64,000 nucleotides of DNA from Eledone cirrhosa. Its lineage: Eukaryota. The position numbers and the translations under genes were made by a program. Of this stretch, positions 53,116-64,000 are shown piece by piece. Positions within the stretch are counted from its first letter, which is position 1; every line of letters starts with the position of its first letter. The stretch spans positions 148,118,001 to 148,182,000 of the forward strand of contig OZ024743.1 of the NCBI GenBank assembly GCA_964016885.1, read 5' to 3'. Below the pieces are notes generated by a model, which saw only the letters and a list, made by a program, of their open reading frames with translations, did no database searches and was not told the origin of the DNA.

Positions 53116-53506
53116 CATGTATGTATATATGTATATATATATATGCATGTGTGTATATGTGCGGGGACATAAAAATAATCAAGCTGGATACCCGATCGCT
53201 CAGTTAAACCACTGGGAGTGAAGGACCCCTAGCATTTTCCAGGACATTCTTCTAGGAGAAGGTAACTCAGGAAACTGCGATAACTCCTACATAAAATCTG
53301 CGGCTCAGTAGTTACCGATGATTTTGATCTTCTCTTCGGGTTATAGCTACTGTCGCTCAGAGAGTGGGATTGGCTCAGTGCGCAGTCTTTCGTCACTTTA
53401 AAAAAAAATCTTCACGCACAGGCATTGCACGATAGAATTAATTAATAATTATTTACAATGTTATATTGTGCAATGACCATACTCGATAACGAGGGGGAAA
53501 CCATCA
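52561..53506. mobile_element. Family T pieces: end A (52561-52748), inverted partial A (52815-52910), end B (53160-53506)
   Basis: A aligns with 61231-61428 and B with 61860-62178; separated by microsatellite. Confidence 0.8.
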
Positions 53507-54463
53507 TGTATGTATGCATATATGTATGTATGTATATATGTATGTATGTGCGGGTGGCTAACTCCGTCCCGATAACATTGAGTCGGGAGATGGTTCGGAG
53601 ACACAGGAAGCCAGAAGTTTCCTCCGCTATAGGTTCAATGATATATTTATAGAAAAGCCACCTGTACTTCAACAGCTTGTGATCATTAATGTGTGTGTCG
53701 TTTCAACATCCAGCCGATGTTTGCGACACACTATTAGCAACTAAGCCTTAAGATTGGTGTGATTGTTAGAATGTCAAATTACCCACGGTATTACGTTACA
53801 TTCTATTTAATTCTGAGATCAAACCAGACGATGTCAACAGTTCTTTTCATCCTTCTGTTAATAAGATTGAGTAACGGTCAAGTACTGCAAGTAATATAAT
53901 ATTTCAATAAATATGCTAGATGTGTTGGAATTATAATAGAAACTAAGATGATATATATCACTTATATACAATATTATTCCACGTATGGTGGGGAAAGGAG
54001 GAAATTGCTTTATATTCAAGTATATACGATTGCAGATATCTATAGGAATAACATTAACATCAACAAAAACTTGAGAAAAGCAATACCCACTAGATAGACT
54101 ATCTATTGTTATTAAAACTTATAACATATTCTAACTTATTCTAATCTATGAAAAAATAGAAAGACGAAAAAAAAAAAATACAATGACAAATAGCTATTGC
54201 GATATGTGAACATATTATCTAAGGCTTCTGTCTTCTTACCATCTATATAGTATTTCTGTTGGGTTATTTGCTAAACCAAAGGTAGACAGACGACGATAGC
54301 AACAATAATAATAATAAATAAATAAAACAAAACAAAATCTCTCCATGTGTCAACAATTCAGTAAATGTTCATGTGGCTTCAGTGACAAATACCTTTATAG
54401 GTTTTCAATGATGCGATGGGCAGAATACACAGTTGAGCATGTGAAAGCTTATTTCCATTTATG

Positions 54464-54525
<62 letters not shown>

Positions 54526-54651
54526 TTGTATGGTTGTTTGTACAATACTTTTATGTATATACACACGTTAATATATAAAAAATATATTTAACGTAATTTA
54601 TATACACACTTACCCAGAAACATATACGCATTTACACACACACACACGCAG

Positions 54652-54703
<52 letters not shown>

Positions 54704-54717
54704 TCACACATATATAT

Positions 54718-54794
<77 letters not shown>

Positions 54795-55059
54795 TTTGTT
54801 GAACTTCTTATATTAAAACTTTATCCAAATTTAAAACTTTGTTACATAATATATACTAAATTAGGTATTATGAATAATATTGATAAATACAATCATAACA
54901 GTAACTTTGGTTGTTTTATTGTATATCCTGAGGTCAGCTCTCGTTAAAACATCATGGTCAAGAGTAATGTAATTGCGACCAATTACTAATAAATTACAAA
55001 TGTAATTGCGACCAATTACAAATAAATAAATACAATTGGCAATGTGTCTTTCTTGCCTT

Positions 55060-56600
55060 AAACCTCTTAGATCTTAGTCCGGCTTGATCTCTCGAGAGCA
55101 TAAGTCAACAAATCGTCTCCGACGCTGTCGGTAGGCAGCAGCTCATTGGCATCCACCGCCCGCTCATCATCCGGGGGATGCTTACCTTCGGTGGAAGTCT
55201 AGATCATCGCTGTTTGGGAGGTGCGCTGTTCTGGGGTGCTAATAATGTGACCGGCAAAATGGAACCACCGCCCCGTGACGGTCTGCTGCAGTGTTTGCAA
55301 CCCTACTCTATGCAGAATCTCTTTGTATCTAACCTGATCTCGCCAGGTGACCTTTATAATATTACACAAACACCTTTTATAGAAAGTATTTAGAAGCCTA
55401 CCCATCTTGGCAATGCCTTTCCACGTTTTGCAGTCGTAGATGGTCGTGGGAGCACAATGATGGTATACAAGCGCTTCCTAATGTACGTGATGATGGCTAT
55501 GATTGACCAAGTCGAGTGCATCAGTTGGAACACTGAGGTCGCGTTTCCAATCCTGAAGTCGATGTCCACCTCGATGTTGTCTCTAACTCAGGATGCTGCC
55601 AAAATCCGTGAAGTGGTCGACCTCATCCAGCTCCTGTTGTTTCACATTAACTGCATGGATGGGATTGCTTCCCACCATCATAACCTTGGTCTTTTGGGTG
55701 TTGATTCGTAACCCGATCTTCTCGGCGTTCAGCTACAGGGACGTTGTTAGCTCCAGCAAGTTCTTTCCTCGAGTAGCAGGTCGTTGACGTCGGTAAAGTT
55801 CAGCTCTTTTAGCCTTTATTTCCCAGTCCACAAGATCTCTCGACCGGTTCCGTCGGCTGTTTTTTTTTTATTTCATAACAAAATCAGCTGCCTGCGAAAA
55901 CATCAGGGGAGAGAGGATGCAGTCTTGTCCTGGCCCCGGATATGATGTCAAAGAACTCCGTTGTACCCGATTCGGTTCTCAGGCAGCTGCACGAGTTGGA
56001 GCACAGGCCTTTGAAAATGGTGAAGAAAATCTGTGGAATGCCATACAAGCGCGCAATGTTCCACAGCGTCTCCCTCGCAGGCTCTTAAATATTTTAAAAA
56101 GTCAATAGAGTTGACCGCCAGCGGCCTTTGTAGCACCGCTCAATGATACTGCAGTGTTCAGTGCACGAACGATTTCTTCGGAAACCCGTTTGTTCTTCTC
56201 TGAGCATAAGGTTTACATCTCGTAGGCGTTGAGCAACTCTGTATTGAACACTTTGCCTGAGGCCGACAGCAGTATAATGCCACTCCAGTTGTTACACTTC
56301 TTCGGCAGTTTAACGATGATTCCCTGTTGCCATCCGAAGGACACTTGTACGTCCAGCCAGCAGCAGTCCATCAGACTGGTCAGTATTATGATAATGTTGT
56401 CCCCACCAGCCTTTAGCATATCTGCCGAGATCTCACCGAGTCCTTCAGCTTTGTTGTTATTCAGTCTTGATCGCATCTCTTGCCTCCTCTTCGGTAATTT
56501 GGTCCGTACAGAAATGGAGTAATACATCAGTTGCCCCTGGCTCTGAATCAAAGGTGGACAGGCTAGTTAGAGACGGTTGGTTTAGTGTCTCCCGTATGTC
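55060..56600 (-). mobile_element. RTE-clade LINE RT remnant
   Basis: NKAEGLGEISADMLKAGG, WQQGIIVKLPKK, NWSGIILLS..GKVF, RCLCNIIKVTWRD, RWFHFAGHI. Confidence 0.85.
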
Positions 56601-56699
56601 CAAGTCCCCTTTCTAGTCTTGTTTGCCTGCTGTCACCGGGAACAGCAAATATATTGCGGAAAGTACAATCTGAATTTATATAACTTGTTAGAGAGTCAA

Positions 56700-57060
56700 T
56701 TAGATGATCCAATGTTTATGAGTTCAGCACTGTGCAAATGAAGGAATAAAAATAATAAACGATTCTATCTAGAAATTGGCAAATACAAAATAGAAATCAA
56801 ATCAGCAACAACAGCAAAAGAAGCAGAAAAGAATAACAAAGCAGTCAGACTTTGTGATATGTCAATTCACACCGATGAAGATTAAAACCAATCGACCAGA
56901 TATTGTAGTCAAAGGCCTTAATATAAAAAAATGATTTCTAATCACGAATTCAAGTGCTAGAATTGACAAGCATGCATCTGAGTCTCAACTGTAAGTTAAA
57001 AATAGTTTTGTGAAAGCATGAAAGGCAATTTGATAAGCAGTTTATCTTTGGTATGCTAAA
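56700..57060 (+). mobile_element. Decayed REL endonuclease fragment (R4/Dong-like)
   Basis: DMSIHTD..KTNRPDIVVK at about 56855-56915. Confidence 0.5.
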
Positions 57061-58752
57061 CATGATCAGACTCTATCTCTTGACAAATCTGCGTTTCATT
57101 TATAATGATATCTTCATGTAGCTCATTTAAAATATCCATCACTACTTCGCTGTTCATATGAAACACTATGGAAACCCTTGAGGTGAATGTAGGCTATTCT
57201 TTGGACGTTTTGCAATTTTCTTTCCTTCAGATTTTTAAATATTTATTTGGGGGATATTTATTTCTTTATTTGCTTTTTCGTCTGTCCTCGATAATCTTTC
57301 ACCACTGCTTCTTTTTCGTCTTCTCGTTTTCCTCTCAAGACGATGATATTGCACTATAGAAAAACAGAGCTTTGGAACTTTTAACTTCTGAGAAGGAACA
57401 CGGGAGGAGCTTTACCGCCATTTATGTAGGTTGACAGGTGATGTTATCAAAACAATATTTTCTGGAACCCTATGCCGTTGTTTCTAGTTCTGCTACCACC
57501 TCTTCCTGTGATTTTCGAATCCGCCATCCTAAAACAAAAGCCTCGAAGTGTCTATTATAGTCGCAAGTGTGACTACAGGGACTTCTGCTTTGTACCAACA
57601 GTGTCATGTTGTTTTTTCTTTCTCTACCGACGGTGTAGCCCAGGACTGTAATTGGACTATGGTCTACAAGGGACATCAGATCATATATATCTTTATAGAC
57701 CCCACTGACTACATGTGGCAGTTTTGGTTAATTCAGTACTTACCACCTAATCATACTGTTACACAAACGTGTCATATTTGCAAGCCTCAACGTCACCACA
57801 AATATTCTTTAACATAACCCTTGTGTTTAACCCCCTTAATTATCTTGGTACGAGATTCTGGGCATGTTTTCTTTCTTTTTGTTTTTCGTTTTCTCTTTTT
57901 CCTTCACCTCATTGTTGTTAACATTACGCTTATGGATCCATTGTATCTTTCTCGCATGGGGTCAGATTTCTCTGACAGATCAATGCACTGTGGCATTTAA
58001 GAAAAACAATACCCTCCATTAAATTCCAGATATATGTCAAAGATGAATTGGTAATTCGTTTCGCTATTTTAGCTAATATACTGATGTTTTCAAACACATA
58101 CTCGTGATGGAATATATATTAGTGATGTTGAAATTACACGGAAAAGCATTTATGTGTTCCTACTGGAAATGTTTCTTGTTTATTATGGATATACAAGCAT
58201 CGAAGTTAGAGGTGCAAATGTGGCTCACCTTGGGATTATTTCTATCAAACATTTCATTATATGTATATGTGTGTGTGTGTGTGTGGGTGGGTGGGTATGT
58301 GTATGTGTGTGTGTGCGTGTGTGTGTGCACGCTAGTGTTCATGTGTGTATCCAATTGAAAATGCATGTATGACTATATTAAAGCAATTTATACATTTATT
58401 AAAGCACATTCTATGACACAAATCCTTATCTAAGGCAATTTTGATTTTATTTACCTAGATAATGACAAAATATAATATCTGTATCTACAACATATCTGAA
58501 TTTAAATTACTCTGAAGATTTCTTTACATGTTTCATCACATAATTTGTAGCGTAATGAAATACATGACACTTTCAAATCATTGCTTGAATTTCTGCATTT
58601 AATCAAATAGATTCATTTACCGGAAAGCAGTTTTTTTTTCTCTTATGTATTAGCTGTGCAACTGTTATAGTTTATCACGAATACAAAAAGCCTAACACAT
58701 ATGTACATAAAAACGAATACATAGATACAAACAAACATACTGACATACTGAG

Positions 58753-58811
<59 letters not shown>

Positions 58812-60579
58812 GTGCATGTGTTTGCATGTATGCATGTGTGCATAATATATATATATATAATGAAACAAATACCATACATACTCACACACACACACGCACA
58901 TAAACGTATGTGTAATGTATATAATATGATATGGCAAGGAAATGCATTCTCGTTGGTTCTAGTGAATGCAACAAAAGAAAAACACATACAACTAAACAAT
59001 ATTCTGAAAAATTATAACTAAGACCGTATTTCATCATCAAGGCACACAATTGCTCTTGAATCATAACATATTGCGATGCATATTTCTGTTTCATCTGATG
59101 GCCACAGGTGTAATGTTCAGAGGAAGCCGCGCAGTATGGCCCAAATTTATGATGATTATATATCACACCATAATTTCTTATGTAAGCTAGGTCGATATTT
59201 CCGAATGATAATACAAATCTTAGTATGGTTTGCAGGTGTATGTAGTTCTATAGATAGCCACACAGCTAAGTTCAAATGCATTAAAAATGTATTATTACTA
59301 TCAGTTTGATATTGTCATTTTTAAAGAATAAAATATTACTGATCTTTCATTAAAAATTGACTTCTTTTCATTAACGCATTAATTCCTACCTGCTTTAATG
59401 CACGGTTCGATTAAACATACAGCTCTCTATGATGTAACTAAACAGCAGTGATTAGTGAGACTGTATGTTAGTCAAATGCCTAATAATTTATCAGAAGAAT
59501 ACCAGTAACTTAAAATGTTGTTATAAGCATTAAGAAAAAAAGCAAGAGAATAAAAGGTAATGGCAGAAATTGGCATGAACGCATAAAAAACATTGATATA
59601 GTGTCTCGTCGGTTCTTAGAAGTATTTCAATATGTAAAGATACCAGTATTATTATTTTAATTAATGGTTTTGTTTTATTTTGTGGTTTGTTGTTTTGTTT
59701 TTTATTCATTTAATATTTATTGAGTTTCTACTTGTTGATATAATGTTATGGATTGTAATGTGAAGGTCAGCGCCTAGTCAGTAATATCCATATAAAACTC
59801 GACATTCAACATTCAACATTAAAAGGTAGTCTACAAAATTTGATTTTTACATGCGTATATACAGTGATTATATATATATTTATTGTATGTGGAAGTGAAT
59901 GTATAAAGGAAGGATGTTTTCATGTATTTATGTATGCAGATGTATGTTTCAATTTTTACCCAATAACAGAAATAATTACTGATAGACTAATATACATTAC
60001 AATACAGAGCAACATATATAAATCTGCGACGACATATTGCGACCTATTGAGAAGCATACGTTATATAATAGTTCCACTATTCTTAACTGGGGAATTTTTT
60101 TTTATTATCTAATGTCGTTTTCGGATCATCTTGCCGTTTTTACATTTCATTATTCAGATTATGATTAATATCAAAAACAGAAAGAAAAAAACGATAATAG
60201 TGGCACGAGAAAAAGAGAGAAAACATCGCTTCTATTCATTCCAATATATTAAAGAATAATTTAGTTTCATTTCCATTCAAGTTGAATTTAGACTTCATGT
60301 AGTATGTATACCCCATATCCGCTAAAATCTAACAGCAGTTGATTGTTAAAAATGATTTAGAAAATTGGAACTAAATGTATATGGAGTTCGATTCCTTGTA
60401 GCGGCTTATTCCGCATCTTTGATATATTGTTTGTAGAAATTGACTGTTATTGCAGACTTTTCTGCGTTTGGAATTCCTACATACTCTAAAACAATCTCAT
60501 ATTATCCACCACTTCGAGAGTTTATATATAAAGTTGAATACAAACATGCATACATACGTGCATACGAAATAATGTAAAT

Positions 60580-60950
60580 ACACTTTATGTTACATAATTT
60601 TATTTATAGCATTATACGTATTTCAATGGGTAATAATTTTTCAATGGTTACAACATTGGTCACCAATGTGATATCATCAGATGCTAACATGATTACGTGA
60701 AGTAGTTAAGTTGGTATCTTGATATACCAATGGTAAAATAGTACGATCCATATGTTCACTCTCTTTACAACAAAAATATCATACTTTTGTTGCATATCAA
60801 CATACCAACGTAACTATTTCACGTAATTATGTTAGCATCAGATGACATCATAAAGGTGTCAGTTAATCATGTAACCATTGCATAACTACTACGCATTGCA
60901 TTGTCATTGCAATAAGTATAATGCAAGAAATACAAATTATGTAAACATAA
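60580..60950. repeat. Old diverged inverted repeat, probably a decayed PLE fold-back
   Basis: atcagatgctaacatgattacgtgaagtagtta..ttggtat..ttgatat inverted relative to atatcaacataccaa..taactatttcacgtaattatgttagcatcagat; CTGATGA plus stem on minus strand, GAAA lost. Confidence 0.6.
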
Positions 60951-61113
60951 CACCTGTCTTAACATTGATTCGTAAATGGAAACTCTATCACGCTTAACCG
61001 CAAACATAATGCTGTTTTATATGACTCTCGTAGAGTGCTTTTACCTGCTTAAACTGGATTATCTTCGTGACATTACAGCGAAGCCTTCACAGATAAAACC
61101 ATAATTATCAGCA

Positions 61114-61191
<78 letters not shown>

Positions 61192-61230
61192 ATATCTATG
61201 TCAATATGTATGTATGTATGTATGCATGTT

Positions 61231-62178
61231 ATGTCAGGTCACCAGTTGGTGCTACTAGTATCATGTATCCCAGTACAACCTGTCTCATGGTCGGGTCGTT
61301 GGCGACTAAACTGGCAACCCCACCAAGGTTTCTTGGTGAGGAGGGTGAGTTTGGACATCCTGCAGGACTAAAAACAAAACCTGTCAAAGGGCAAAGGAGC
61401 TCTTAAGAGTCAATGGCCATCGAAAATCACCGGGAGAGAATACCCTTTAGCCTTTGTCAAGGCAGAATTCGAGGAGAAGGAAAACTTTGATATAACACCT
61501 GCAACCCTGATTCTTTCCAATGATGTTGACTTGTTTTTCTTTTTGGTAAATGTCATCTTGGTTATGAGAGTGAGACTGGCTTTGTGCAGTGCCTTTGCTC
61601 ACTATAAAAGCTTCACGGCACAGACATTGCTTTATATCTGGAGATCTCTCTGCACTTGTCGTCACATGGTACCATGGTCCCAGCACTATGTGTCAATAAT
61701 TGGCATAAGTGTAGTGTTTGTACCAGAGTTTTCAGGTCGCTAGCTGGACTAAAAAGTCACACACGTTCAGCGCATCGGCAGGGCTTCTCCTACATGGATA
61801 TAAAGTAGTGCCCGTACTCGAAAACGAGTTGGTAGCCGCTATGTGCATGTGTATGTATATGCGCGGAGACATAGAAATAGTCGGGCTGGATACCCGGTCG
61901 CGCTGTTAAACCATTGGGAGCGAAGGACCCCTATCCTTTCTCAGGGCATTCTTCTAGGAGAAGGCAACTCAGGAAACTGGGAATACTCCCACATAAAACC
62001 TGCGGCTCAGTGGTTACCGATGATATTGATCTTTTCTTCTTTTCGGGTTATAGCTACTGTCGCTCAAAGAGTGGGAGTGGCTCAGTGCAAAGTCTTTTCT
62101 CACTTCAGGCATTGCCCGATAGAATTAATTGATATCGTGCAATGGCCATATTCGATAATGAGGGGGCAGCCACCATCA
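61231..62178. mobile_element. Most complete copy of non-coding family T (about 950 bp) within (TATG)n
   Basis: Both ends repeated elsewhere in the window; TATG repeats on both flanks; no TIRs and no recognisable ORF. Confidence 0.75.
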
Positions 62179-62370
62179 TGTATGTATGCAGATATGTACA
62201 TATATATACGTGTGTATCTGTGGACTACTACTGTATATACTTTTGATGCTCAACACTCACATTTTGAAAATATTCTAAGCGTCTGAAATACTTAAGGTAA
62301 AACAAGAAAATGTCTTCCAAAGATACGACCACACAAAACATACATTTACTATAGTATTATTTAGGCTAGG

Positions 62371-62410
62371 TATATTCTGATGAAGGACAAACTTTTCCGA
62401 AATGCATAAA
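62371..62410 (+). ncRNA. Solo minimal hammerhead motif
   Basis: tt CTGATGA a gga caaacttt tcc GAAA tgca TA aa; palindromic stem III, weak stem I. Confidence 0.55.
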
Positions 62411-62865
62411 GGAAAACTCATGTTTTTCAAAATAATGATGAATAGCTAAAACTGTTTATATATCATTCTTTTGAGGGTATGATTTCTAAATCAAAAACTG
62501 CACGCACACTTAAAATCTTTCCTTTTGCTTCAATGTACATGAATTTTAAATAGCATTAAATTCGATCAATCCATAAAAAGAAAGAAACAAATCCCTTTGC
62601 ATCACCACAAGTTGTTCACTAACTAGAATCTCGGAGACTTCGAAGTGAAGTTCTGTCCACTCTTTGATGTTACATTTCCATCGATTAGTCTTTATAACTC
62701 GTATATAGAGAATATAAAGAACTATATACAATTGTGCATAAGAACCGTGAAAGCGGTAAAGTAAATAAATATTCTTAAAAGACTCCAGCTGCATTTTCAA
62801 TTTCTTTTCCAGATATATTTATCCGTGTGGGACATTTTAAAATACATTACTTTCTTATATATATA

Positions 62866-63055
62866 GGCGGTGGGTTGGCAGTATTGGTAGAGTGTCGGAT
62901 GCCATGCTTTGGCGCATAGAGTTACGGCCCTTGCCATTCTGAGTTCAAATCCCGCCGAGGTTAACTTTGCCTTTCATCCTTACGGGGGTCGATAAAATAA
63001 AGTACCAGTAATACACTAGGTATTTGCTGGCCTTGTGCCTAACGTAGAAACAATT
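62866..63055 (+). mobile_element. tRNA-derived SINE with TSD
   Basis: attactttcttatatatata at 62846-62865 and 63053-63072. Confidence 0.93.
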
Positions 63056-63080
63056 ACTTTCTTATATATATATATATATA

Positions 63081-63119
<39 letters not shown>

Positions 63120-63245
63120 AAACAAAATTTCTTTTCTTTATAATATAACTGCAACATTTTAATAAATATTGGCTGTACAGGTAATCAAAGTATGTATGTA
63201 TTTTTGGGACACACTGTATATTATATATTTATGTGCATATATATA

Positions 63246-63459
<214 letters not shown>

Positions 63460-63544
63460 TGGGTGAGTTTGTGGTGTGTGTATATGTACGAGTATTCTAA
63501 AAGGGTAAAGGGGAAATATATATATGCAAATGCAGCAGCAGCTA

Positions 63545-63601
<57 letters not shown>

Positions 63602-63918
63602 CCGGAGAAGAAGGAAAAATGTGTATTAGAAAAAACCCACACTTATACCATGTTTTTTTATGAAAAGAATGATGTGACGTTGCTTACATACGTTAAGTTA
63701 TAATATTTTGTATAATTAACGTGAATTAAAACCTTCACAATCCTCTATCAAACGACGAGATACTGCTCAGATATTAATTTATTGTATATATCGCATATCT
63801 TTATCTATTTTTTAGAATCTCTTTTTGATCAGTGATATAACGTATGATTGTCTGTGTGCATGCCTCTGTAATCCGTGGGAGGATTTCCATATGATTATAT
63901 ATATATATATATATATAT

Positions 63919-63968
<50 letters not shown>

Positions 63969-64000
63969 TTTGTTATTGGAAGGATGACCCTTCCAAATTA

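Noticed and set aside
62866-62960. SINE heads as tRNA genes
   Set aside because: A and B boxes present but no cloverleaf; always fused to the SINE body, some with TSDs
63965-64000. Tiny ttggaagg/ccttccaa hairpin similar to the P5 terminus
   Set aside because: Cut off by the window edge; too short to call

Overview
AT-rich, microsatellite-dense animal DNA, probably an octopod/cephalopod mollusc (inferred from the SINE type and repeat landscape, not confirmed). No host gene can be called with confidence; nearly every long ORF in the track is either translated microsatellite or retroelement. The window is a retroelement graveyard: about 11 copies of a tRNA-derived SINE, a near-complete CR1 LINE, Tx1/L1-clade LINEs, RTE and R4/Dong-type (REL) remnants, Tc1, hAT and Helitron-like fragments. 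The most striking signal is a dense set of Penelope-like element (PLE) ends from at least 7 families. Most sit in (TA)n tracts and many share one fold-back layout (unique tail, arm, inverted tail-less arm). Together they carry about 20 minimal type I hammerhead ribozyme motifs, including non-canonical cores and long stem II inserts. Also notable: a composite SINE+hammerhead unit present twice, an ORF1-only Tx1 derivative, a (TATG)n-embedded non-coding element family, and an RTE-like 5' UTR with a candidate HDV-like fold. All coordinates and folds were read by eye.
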